Assembly (NCBI GenBank): GCA_048882485.1
Contig: JBHLRP010000045.1
Span: 1-27,377, forward strand
DNA length: 27,377 bases
Direction: 5' to 3'
Origin: Candidatus Thorarchaeota archaeon
GTDB taxonomy: Archaea > Asgardarchaeota > Thorarchaeia > Thorarchaeales > Thorarchaeaceae
Under the pieces are notes generated by a model. It did not search any database. It worked only from the letters and a program-made list of their open reading frames with translations, and was not told the origin of the DNA. Shown piece after piece: positions 1 through 7,921 of this stretch. How positions within the stretch are numbered: the stretch's first letter is position 1; every line of letters starts with the position of its first letter. Both the position numbers and the translations under genes were made by a program.

Positions 1-312
1 TTCCTTCCATGTATCAAGTTTGAGCTTTACAATTTCAGGAATTGCCTCGATAACTAGATCCGCATCTTTGACAGCGTCCTTCAGGTCAAGTACCCCTTCA
101 ATCCTTCCTAAGGTTGCATCAATCTCTTCCTGAGTAATCTTGCCTTTCTTGAGACCTCGTTCAAGGTTCTTCTTTATGATTGCCATTCCCTTGTCAATGA
201 ACTTCTGGTCGATGTCCCTCATCTTCACCTCATATCCAGCCTGAGCACAGACCTGAGCAATGCCATTCCCCATCTGTCCTGCACCCAGAACTGCAATCTT
301 CTTGATCTCCAT
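1..312 (-). CDS. 3-hydroxyacyl-CoA (3-hydroxybutyryl-CoA) dehydrogenase, N-terminal part; runs off the window edge
   Basis: Not in the ORF track. Manual translation from ATG at 312: MEIKKIAVLGAGQMGNGIAQVCAQAGYEVKMRDIDQKFIDKG...DADLVIEAIPEIVKLK. It has the Rossmann GxGxMGxGIA and the family motif DLVIEAIPE. Confidence 0.93.
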   Translation of the reverse strand, partial: MEIKKIAVLGAGQMGNGIAQVCAQAGYEVKMRDIDQKFIDKGMAIIKKNLERGLKKGKITQEEIDATLGRIEGVLDLKDAVKDADLVIEAIPEIVKLKLDTWKE

Positions 313-457
313 AATTCCAACCTCTTCCTGATGGTTTGTCTGTTTTTGGCTCGGCAAGAGGTGGGTAATATGTCTGTTGCTGGGTCCTAAGGACGAGCGA
401 TTGACATCCTCCATCGCTAGTCTTATTTCATGGATACATTGGACTACAGCATAATAG

Positions 458-889
458 GTGGAACATTTGGAAGACATTTCATGGGACAACAGCTTGTCTG
501 TCGGAGTTGAATTGATTGATGAACAGCATAAGATGCTGATTGAACGCATAAACAATCTCTCAATTGCTGTTGCGAAGTATATGGGTCACACAAAGATCAT
601 CGAAACTTTGCTTTTCATGACGGAGTATACTGACTTTCATTTCTCAACTGAAGAGCGTTACATGAAGGAGCTGGATTATCCTGCAATGGAGAACCACATC
701 AAACAGCATGAAGAGTTCAAGAGCATGCTAAATACCCTTGAGGATGATTTCAAAGAAGATGGTGCTACCAAAGTGGTCAGCAAATCCATCAATACGTTCC
801 TTGGGAATTGGCTCTTCAACCATATCAAGGTTGTAGATGTTAATTTTGGCAAGTTTCTCAGGGAAAAGGGCGTTGCTATGACGGAGTAG
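458..889 (+). CDS. Bacteriohemerythrin (single-domain hemerythrin)
   Basis: W-x4-SVG-x3-IDEQH start, plus di-iron ligands H...HFxxEE...HxxxH...HIxxxD (EQH, HFSTEE, HIKQH, HIKVVD). Confidence 0.93.
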   Translation: MEHLEDISWDNSLSVGVELIDEQHKMLIERINNLSIAVAKYMGHTKIIETLLFMTEYTDFHFSTEERYMKELDYPAMENHIKQHEEFKSMLNTLEDDFKEDGATKVVSKSINTFLGNWLFNHIKVVDVNFGKFLREKGVAMTE

Positions 890-901
890 GATCTCCTTCC
901 A

Positions 902-1654
902 CTATTTGCTATTCCATAAATCCTGGAACAATTTCATGTGAAAATCGACATACTCTCTGTCCTTAGTTACAAATGCGTAGGGTTCTTTGTCTGAAGACTC
1001 AAGGTTCACAAAGCTAATCCCATAGGAGTCAACTATCGCGAACGAGAGAGGGATGTCAGTATGTACTTGTACCTCGAATCCAATTTCCATGGTATGATCT
1101 GAAAGGAATTTTATGTCAATCCCTTTATCTGCCAACCTGCGAAGCTCTGATTTCAGCTTGAACCAATCAAAGATTCCGCCAGTTGTTCTCTTACAGACCC
1201 ACACCCTCCTCTGGGCTATTGCTAATAACGATCGCATTATCGTTAGGCCATCGTCTAGCTGAACCAGTGAGGTGTCCATGGAATTGCTCTGCAAAATGCT
1301 TCTGTTGCCGTATTCTTCAAGACTATGACCCAAGGACATGACAGCTTGAATGCTATCCTCGAAGTTGCTTCTGAGCGTTTCAAGATAATGATGTACAATT
1401 TTCTTTGGTGATTGAGCGGCCACTATTAGCGGATCCTTCGAAACTTCCATAATGAGCTCCTTGCTCATTAAGCTCTTTAAAGTATCATAGACTCTAGTCC
1501 GATGAATTCTCGTCAAGGCGCTCAACTGACTAGCAGTGAAGGATTCACCTTTCAAGAGAACCAGAAAAATACGAGCCTCATTTTGTGTCAAATCCAGAGT
1601 GCTCATGAGCTCATCTCTGAGAGTATCAAGTTGAAGTCCAGAATCCTTCTCCAT
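902..1654 (-). CDS. TrmB-family transcriptional regulator
   Basis: N-terminal wHTH LDLTQNEARIFLVLL...TASQLSALTRIHRTRVYDTLKSLMSKELI, followed by a C-terminal PLD-like effector domain (KGIDIKFL, FAIVD). Start placed at ATG 1654; the ORF is open to 1687. Confidence 0.85.
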   Translation of the reverse strand: MEKDSGLQLDTLRDELMSTLDLTQNEARIFLVLLKGESFTASQLSALTRIHRTRVYDTLKSLMSKELIMEVSKDPLIVAAQSPKKIVHHYLETLRSNFEDSIQAVMSLGHSLEEYGNRSILQSNSMDTSLVQLDDGLTIMRSLLAIAQRRVWVCKRTTGGIFDWFKLKSELRRLADKGIDIKFLSDHTMEIGFEVQVHTDIPLSFAIVDSYGISFVNLESSDKEPYAFVTKDREYVDFHMKLFQDLWNSK

Positions 1655-1737
1655 AGATGTCACACCGTGTCGCGACAGCCACATCATTACTTCTTTTAAA
1701 CATGTTAGGTTGGAATTTGAAACTTAGATGTGATGAT

Positions 1738-2682
1738 ATGGCGGCAATAATGTCAATCTTCCCAATAATCACGACAATAGTGGCAGTAATCTTCGCCTGC
1801 TTGGTGTTCCAACAATGGAGGCGACGAAAGAGAATCTACCAGCTAATCTGGTTCATTTCGTTGGTCATGTTTGCCGTTACAGCGTCCTTTGAGGCGTTCT
1901 CGGAATTCTTGGGTTGGAGTGTCCCGATATACAGGGTTTATCTCGTGCTTTCTGCATCACAGGTAGCGATCATGGGAGCTGGAGCGCTCTATTTGATTCT
2001 AGCTAAGAATGTCTTCTCCACAAAGGGTCTGCTGGCAATTGATGCAGTCCTCGCTGGAATTGTAGCTTTCTTCTCTTGGATGATGACGCTGAGTTCCATA
2101 ACCGACTATTCGGCCTTGATGTTCGGAGCAATGGAATACCCCCTAGCAGGGATTGGGACCTATGTCGTGTTGGCGGTCTTGGCGTTTGGACTCGGCAGAA
2201 ATATGGATCCCAATCGAAAGAAGATGCTTCATGGTCACATCTACATCATTTTTGCAATAATCATGACATTTTGGATGGGTGCCTATGCTGCGGTTGCAGC
2301 AGTTGACACCGATGCATTTGTAGCAGGAATTGCAGTTGCAGGTCATGCAATGGCCCAGCATGTAAGGAATTTCTCACCTCTCCTGTCTGTCACAGGTGGC
2401 TTTCTCTTGATCGGCGCGGCTTTCTTTTCATTCATCAAAACAAGATTCAACTTCAATCTTTGGATAGCGTTGGGCGGGTTGGCAATTGCCATTGCTGGCT
2501 CTATCGCAAGAGGTGGGGCAGAGTTTGGCAACGTATTGTATATTGGAGAAGTAATCGGTGTATTTCTACTCACAAAGGGGTTTGTTGATTCTGACAAAGT
2601 GATACGTGAGAGATTCGACCGCATCAGACCTGATGAATCAAAAGAACTCACCGTATCAGACTCAAAGAGTGCCGATGAATGA
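1738..2682 (+). CDS. Uncharacterised multi-pass membrane protein (about 9 TM)
   Basis: Repeated hydrophobic segments with a basic loop QQWRRRKR after TM1. Start placed at ATG 1738, which avoids overlap with the divergent TrmB gene. Confidence 0.75.
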   Translation: MAAIMSIFPIITTIVAVIFACLVFQQWRRRKRIYQLIWFISLVMFAVTASFEAFSEFLGWSVPIYRVYLVLSASQVAIMGAGALYLILAKNVFSTKGLLAIDAVLAGIVAFFSWMMTLSSITDYSALMFGAMEYPLAGIGTYVVLAVLAFGLGRNMDPNRKKMLHGHIYIIFAIIMTFWMGAYAAVAAVDTDAFVAGIAVAGHAMAQHVRNFSPLLSVTGGFLLIGAAFFSFIKTRFNFNLWIALGGLAIAIAGSIARGGAEFGNVLYIGEVIGVFLLTKGFVDSDKVIRERFDRIRPDESKELTVSDSKSADE

Positions 2683-2835
2683 AGAAAAGAAGACAGCCTT
2701 CTTTATGTTGCAACTATGGTAATCATTATACTTGCTATCGTTGCTTTCCTTGCTTGACATAATCTAGTGAGTAGTACATACCCGTTAGGTCTTTGCAACG
2801 AATGCCTCGGATAGATAAAGGCAGGTGCTGAGAAA

Positions 2836-4095
2836 ATGAATGTCGCTGATGCAACCATCGAGTCGGAAAGCTTGCCAGAAAACACTAGAAAAATCCTCTT
2901 CACAGGTGTCCTTACGTTCCTGACGATAACAGCTGCTGCACTTCTTCATGTAAACCAACCCGAATTCATCCTTGACAGATTCCCAGGCATTTCAAATCTG
3001 GAATATTCATTGTTTGACGTGATGTTATACGCGGCATATCTTATTCTAGGGATAGTCACTGGGGCTCTCTCGGATAGATGGTCTCGACGCAGAATCTTCG
3101 TCCTAGTGGGTGCCTCTGGATCAGTAGTCTTCTACATACTCATGACCACTACATTGTCATATTCACTGCTACTCACCTATAGGTTTCTTCAGGGATCCTT
3201 TACAGTGATGTCATGGCAGTCATTCATGACTCTAGCTCTGGATTTCTCAACTGCTCAGAGTCGAGGGAGGCATATGGGGATTTTCGGAGCCTTGTTGGCT
3301 CTCTCATTTGGCTTCGGTCCAGCTATTGGTGGAATCCTTGCCACTGTAGGTGTCTTCATGCCCTATTACTCTGCAGCTGCCCTCAATATCCTTGTTTTCA
3401 TCTTTGCATTGATTGGTCTGAGAGACCCTCCTGCAACAAAGAAGCGACCCAGCATTGTCGAAAGCCTGTTGGTAGCCAAGCGATATCCCAAACTTGTAGT
3501 GCCCATCACTTTCAATTTTATAGATAGATTTCACATGGGCTTCATTCTTGTTGCATTGCCCCTTTTCCTTACCTCCATCCTCGGTCTTCCTGAATCACTC
3601 AGAGGTTTGGCTCTAGCCGTATTTGCGACGCCTTTCATACTGCTTCAATATCCGATGGGAAGACTCTCTGACAGATTTGGACGATATCCGATTCTTATTG
3701 CTGGAAGCATTCCTTATGGAATCGTTCTGGCGGCTCTAGGCTTCATTGGTGCAGTAGGCTTTCTCCCACTTCTTTTCGGACTAATACTCTTGGGCGTATT
3801 TTCGGGGATTACAGCTCCATCTGCCCTTGCTTTGGTGGGTGATGCCTCCGATGCTGAGGATTCAGCTATGGCTATGGGTCTGTTCAATTTCTCCGGAAAT
3901 GTGGGAGTCACGGTAGGTCCGCTAATCTTCGGATATCTCCTTCTTCTTTCAGACTTCTTTGCAACCTTCATTGTGGCTGGAGCAATTGAGGTGATCTCAC
4001 TGGCCGTTGTAATTCTCATCGTTAGGCTTTTGTTCAAGGAGCCTTTGCGGCTAGAGCGACAGGAAATCGTGGCACAGCCTACACTAACCAATTGA
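2836..4095 (+). CDS. MFS transporter
   Basis: About 12 TM with MFS motif A in both halves (GALSDRWSRR, GRLSDRFGRY). Confidence 0.92.
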   Translation: MNVADATIESESLPENTRKILFTGVLTFLTITAAALLHVNQPEFILDRFPGISNLEYSLFDVMLYAAYLILGIVTGALSDRWSRRRIFVLVGASGSVVFYILMTTTLSYSLLLTYRFLQGSFTVMSWQSFMTLALDFSTAQSRGRHMGIFGALLALSFGFGPAIGGILATVGVFMPYYSAAALNILVFIFALIGLRDPPATKKRPSIVESLLVAKRYPKLVVPITFNFIDRFHMGFILVALPLFLTSILGLPESLRGLALAVFATPFILLQYPMGRLSDRFGRYPILIAGSIPYGIVLAALGFIGAVGFLPLLFGLILLGVFSGITAPSALALVGDASDAEDSAMAMGLFNFSGNVGVTVGPLIFGYLLLLSDFFATFIVAGAIEVISLAVVILIVRLLFKEPLRLERQEIVAQPTLTN

Positions 4096-4106
4096 GCTGA
4101 CCATCT

Positions 4107-4622
4107 ATGACAACCAGAATTGTGCTTGCAATGCATGGAATGCCTCCGAAGGATTTCCCAGAAGAGGAGGTTGCTGAGCTAATCAGGCTTCACCGCATAA
4201 TTGAGAAAGCAGGAGATCATGCTCAAGCAGAGATGCGGGTCCGGTTCGCTCAACTGGATAGCAGGGTTAGAAACTGGGAGCGTACTTCCGAGAACGACCC
4301 CTTCTGGGCATCATCTCTGAAGCTGGCTGAAGAGCTTCAAGAAGCAACAGGCTTTGAAGTCGTTGTTGGGTTTAACGAATTCTGTGCACCCAATCTTGAC
4401 GAAGCTATAGACACAGCTGCTCGTTCAAATGCAGAAAGGGTGGTCATTGTTACGCCTATGATGACTCCGGGCGGTGAGCATTCTGAAGAGGACATTCCTG
4501 AGGCAATATTGGCAGCCAAAAGTCGATTTGATGGAGTTGAATTCATCTACGCCTGGCCTTTTCCTAGGTCTGATGTAGTGTCTTTCTTGACAAGCCAAAT
4601 CCAAGAATTCAGTGATGCATAG
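4107..4622 (+). CDS. CbiX/SirB-family tetrapyrrole chelatase (short CbiX type, with a helical insertion)
   Basis: IVLAMHG (first His), GFNEFCAPNL, and PMMTPGGEHSEEDIP (second His), matching class II chelatase motifs. Confidence 0.8.
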   Translation: MTTRIVLAMHGMPPKDFPEEEVAELIRLHRIIEKAGDHAQAEMRVRFAQLDSRVRNWERTSENDPFWASSLKLAEELQEATGFEVVVGFNEFCAPNLDEAIDTAARSNAERVVIVTPMMTPGGEHSEEDIPEAILAAKSRFDGVEFIYAWPFPRSDVVSFLTSQIQEFSDA

Positions 4623-4628
4623 TAACAT

Positions 4629-4677
4629 ATTGTGACTCCATTCTGTGACCTTCAATTGTGGCTCCGCTATATATACT
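4629..4677 (+). promoter_or_regulatory. Three 13-bp-period direct repeats followed by a TATA box
   Basis: TGTG(A/G)C at 4631, 4644 and 4657, then TATATATAC at about 4668-4676. Confidence 0.35.
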
Positions 4678-4707
4678 GATTCTGAGTGCTAATTCTTGTG
4701 AAATATC

Positions 4708-4812
4708 ATGGCTCTACCAACTAACTCTCGAAAGTCACGCGATTTGAAGAAGAAGCGAACTCTGCCTCCTTCAACAAGGGCAATAGTCCAAGCTTACATC
4801 TATAACAGGTAA
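4708..4812 (+). CDS. Putative small basic peptide (34 aa)
   Basis: MALPTNSRKSRDLKKKRTLPPSTRAIVQAYIYNR*. The ATG lies about 30 nt downstream of a TATA box, consistent with a near-leaderless archaeal transcript. Confidence 0.35.
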   Translation: MALPTNSRKSRDLKKKRTLPPSTRAIVQAYIYNR

Positions 4813-4892
4813 GCACCTGCATAGGTGGAATGGTTCGTGCGCTTCAAATATCCAGACGGTTTTGCACATAAATTCAACCGAAAAAAACGAAT

Positions 4893-4917
4893 GGTTTGGT
4901 TGCCAAACCTTTATATG
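4893..4917 (+). promoter_or_regulatory. TATA box with an adjacent 7-bp inverted repeat (promoter of the candidate ncRNA)
   Basis: GGTTTGG-ttg-CCAAACC (4893-4909) directly followed by TTTATATG (4910-4917). Confidence 0.55.
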
Positions 4918-4940
4918 GATTTGGCCCGCACATTCAACCA

Positions 4941-5294
4941 CACAGCATCGGCAAGCAACCAGTTCGTGGAGTATAGTGATTGGTCACTGAGTGCCCGCAA
5001 CTGCGGTCACTTTCGCCCATTAACGGCTTATACTGTGACCAGAAGTATACTACGTGAGACAATTCCAATGGCTAACGATTCAGACTGTGTTGTGGCCAGT
5101 TCGGCTCAAGATGTTGAAGTGCCCTCCCAGGCGGCTGTTAATGGGCAATCCTTGCTCAAAGGAGCATTTACGGTCAAGAAGGGACCGAGTGGTCCCAAGC
5201 CAGTTGTGGTAGATATACCATACTTAGCAAACTCCTATCTCCGTTGTAGCGCTCGCGGAGCCAAATCTCGGGAGCGCTACAGCTTACATCTGTG
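4941..5294 (+). ncRNA. Candidate large structured non-coding RNA (~355 nt), family unrecognised
   Basis: Nested long-range helices, several hairpins and 5'/3' end pairing. Non-canonical pairs are G-U on the + strand. It begins about 25 nt after a TATA box. Confidence 0.6.
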
Positions 5295-5380
5295 AGGTTA
5301 AGAGCCATGATTTCGGAAGGGCCACATTCTGATTCTTCTTTCTCTATTCACGTTGTTCATAATCGACTGAGGTTCAAGAA

Positions 5381-6865
5381 ATGAGCAGATTAGCAAATGC
5401 AATAGGGCTCCCAGATGCTAATGAAAAGGTTCTTCGATTAGCAAGGATCTTGATTTTCCTAGGCCCATTGGCTACATTCACTTTCACCATGTCGACAACC
5501 TTCTATCTGATCTTTGTTGCTGAAGCACTGGGTGGCGGCGATTATATCGCAGGCCTTCCTTTCGTAGCAACTCTTGTAGTCATCCAGATGGCCATTCAAT
5601 TACTCCTGGACTATCCTACTGGTGCAATTGGAGACTGGATAGGACAGCGCTACATAGTATCATCAGCCACCACGTGCTACGCTATTGCGTTTTGGCTAGT
5701 TTCAATGGTCATACCAACAACTCCATTCTGGTTCCTAGTAATTATCTATGTAATTCAGGGCCTTGGCAACTCTCAAATGAGTGGCGCGCTTAACACGTGG
5801 TTCGACAATAACTATAGAATCGCCATGCCAGGTGACTCGGACAGAAAGCAGTATGGCATGTTTTGGGGAAGAGTCGGAGGAATGATGCAAGTCGTATCAA
5901 CTGCAGCACTCATCCCTGGTAGCATCTTGGCTGCAGTCTTTGGTCGACCATGGGTATTCCAGCTGCAGGCAGTATTGGCTCTAGTTCTCACTATTTTCGG
6001 CTTCAGATTCATCACGGACTTTCCTGAGGTCCAAGCCGCACGACAACAGCGACCCACCATGAGTGGGTACACCAAGATTCTGAAGGATGGAGTGGGTTAT
6101 CTATGGAGTGAGCCCTTCGTCAAATACATCGTAATCGGGTCAATGCTTGCCACCAGCTCGATAATGGTGTGGGGCAATCTCATCCTGTTCCCCATGTACT
6201 TCCTCTACCTTATCACTGACGTAGCTGTTGCATCGTTTCGGACTGTCCTATTCATTCCTGGGATTGTTGCACAGGAAAGATCTGGAGTTTGGTCCAGGCG
6301 ATTTGAACCCAAAAAGTGGATTCCAAGATTCCGACTCATCCAGACATGCGGGCTCGTGTTCTTCTTGGTCGTTTCATTCATAATATTCTTATTTCCGCCT
6401 GCAACAAACGGTGGTCCGATGTTCAGCGTCGTTCTGCCTATTGCCAATGTGGAACTAATGCAGATACCAGTGGGGAACATCTTGCCGGTCGTGTTGCTCT
6501 TCTTTTCCTTCACTCTTACCGGCTTTTTTGGAGGATTTGCTGAGATTCTCACACAGAGGCAACTGCTTGATGCTATTCCAAATCGAATTAGGAACTCAAT
6601 GTATTCCCTCTCTCCCACCATCGCAACCATATTTGCGCTCCCACAGATTTGGTTCTTCGGATGGTCGATACCTACCATTGGATTCCCATTGACTCTAATG
6701 TTGTGTGGAATGGTGTCTCTCATCGGCGTGCTACTGATACGCAAAGGGCTTCACCAGCCAAAACCAGTTCTTGAAGAGGAGGCTTGGAGTAACAGCCAGC
6801 CAGAAGCCCAAGAAGTCATTGAAGAGATAGAAGAAGAGATTGCCCACGAAATGATTGAAGAGTAG
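5381..6865 (+). CDS. MFS transporter with an acidic C-terminal tail
   Basis: LDYPTGAIGDWIGQR (motif A variant), SGALNTWF, about 12 TM. Confidence 0.88.
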   Translation: MSRLANAIGLPDANEKVLRLARILIFLGPLATFTFTMSTTFYLIFVAEALGGGDYIAGLPFVATLVVIQMAIQLLLDYPTGAIGDWIGQRYIVSSATTCYAIAFWLVSMVIPTTPFWFLVIIYVIQGLGNSQMSGALNTWFDNNYRIAMPGDSDRKQYGMFWGRVGGMMQVVSTAALIPGSILAAVFGRPWVFQLQAVLALVLTIFGFRFITDFPEVQAARQQRPTMSGYTKILKDGVGYLWSEPFVKYIVIGSMLATSSIMVWGNLILFPMYFLYLITDVAVASFRTVLFIPGIVAQERSGVWSRRFEPKKWIPRFRLIQTCGLVFFLVVSFIIFLFPPATNGGPMFSVVLPIANVELMQIPVGNILPVVLLFFSFTLTGFFGGFAEILTQRQLLDAIPNRIRNSMYSLSPTIATIFALPQIWFFGWSIPTIGFPLTLMLCGMVSLIGVLLIRKGLHQPKPVLEEEAWSNSQPEAQEVIEEIEEEIAHEMIEE

Positions 6866-6866
6866 A

Positions 6867-7064
6867 GCAGGACTCATTTCATTGGTTGGAGTTCTCATGA
6901 TTCGAAAAGGCCTTTCATATCCAATTCCTATGACTGAGGAGCGGAGACAGGCTCTGGAATAAGCGGCTCAAGAACAGCAGGAGACCACAATTGAACAGAC
7001 GGGCCAAAATTCTAGCATAAATCCCTCAGATGATACAGTACAAATGCCATCTGGACAAGATTAA
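6867..7064 (+). pseudogene. 3'-terminal remnant of a paralogous MFS gene
   Basis: Translates as AGLISLVGVLMIRKGLSYPIPMTEERRQALE*AAQEQQETTIEQ...QD*, matching the upstream MFS C-terminus CGMVSLIGVLLIRKGLHQPKPVLEEE. Confidence 0.7.
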
Positions 7065-7132
7065 TACCGCCAAATGCGGATGTTGCATGAAGGCTTACAG
7101 CCAGAATATATGAACACGCCAGAGGATTGAAT

Positions 7133-7876
7133 ATGTCAGATCGCCCACAGTTCCTTACGGTCACATACTCTGACCGGGGTCTAGATACAATGGGCCATGA
7201 GAGAAAGATGGTCCGAGAGAAGGATGTCAAGTTTGATGGTGAGGATGGCTCCTTGGAGCTCACAGATATCAGACTTGTCTGGATAAAAAAGCCCTCAAGA
7301 TGGGGTTCCGCGAAGAAATTTGGTGCCCTTGCTGGAGCAGTGGCTGGTGCCGCCCTATTGGAAGGAATAGGCAGAGAAATGGGTGGAATCGGAGGTAGAG
7401 CAGTAAGAAGCATAGGTCGAGGTGTAGGCTTTGCAGCAGTGGGTGCAGCTATTTCATCATGGAGTTCTGATTCCTTCTACAACAAGGATGCAAATGGCAA
7501 CACCGAGAGTCTTGCGATTCCAATACTTGCCATAAGCCAGGCTGCCCAGAGTGGAGATGAACTGGTCATCGATCTAACTTCTGGAGGGAATTTGCGCTTT
7601 AAATTCAGGCAGAAGCGAGTCATTCCTTCAATCATGGCTAATATCTCATCAGCTCAAGATGCAGGTAAGTGTCCCTATTGTGGAGCTGGGAATGCATCCG
7701 GAGCCAATGCCTGTTCCAAGTGTGGTGCACCCCTTGCAGGCCGCGGCGGTGGTCCAGCGGAAGCACACACTGAGAGTGTCACTATCTCTACGGGCGGCGG
7801 AGGCTTCTGTACAAACTGCGGTCAGCAATATCCTGCAGGCGCAAAGTTCTGCGGAAGTTGCGGCCAGAAAGTCTGA
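7133..7876 (+). CDS. PH/GRAM-like domain protein with a Gly-rich hydrophobic insert and two C-terminal zinc ribbons
   Basis: GSLELTDIRLVW and LAIPILAISQ (PH/GRAM-like strands), a Gly/Ala-rich segment, CPYCG...CSKCG and CTNCG...CGSCG. Confidence 0.75.
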   Translation: MSDRPQFLTVTYSDRGLDTMGHERKMVREKDVKFDGEDGSLELTDIRLVWIKKPSRWGSAKKFGALAGAVAGAALLEGIGREMGGIGGRAVRSIGRGVGFAAVGAAISSWSSDSFYNKDANGNTESLAIPILAISQAAQSGDELVIDLTSGGNLRFKFRQKRVIPSIMANISSAQDAGKCPYCGAGNASGANACSKCGAPLAGRGGGPAEAHTESVTISTGGGGFCTNCGQQYPAGAKFCGSCGQKV

Positions 7877-7921
7877 TTTCCGAGGATCTAGCAAGGTCTG
7901 GCCTATTCGCCAGACCTTCTC

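Noticed and set aside
4991-5005. GCCCGCAACTG resembles part of a cobalamin riboswitch, next to a cbiX-like gene
   Set aside because: The other riboswitch elements (AGGGAA...GGTG, and the 3' AGCCAGAAGACC-like box) are missing, and this segment pairs with 5201-5209 instead.
4825-5295. 156-aa ORF on the + strand
   Set aside because: No recognisable motifs, a TATA box lies inside it, and dense nested base pairing explains the sequence better. Not fully excluded.
4941-5325. SRP RNA or RNase P RNA as the identity of the structured region
   Set aside because: Size and end pairing fit, but the universal signatures were not found on either strand. CGGAAGGG at about 5314 lacks the flanking CAGG/AGCA helix-8 context.
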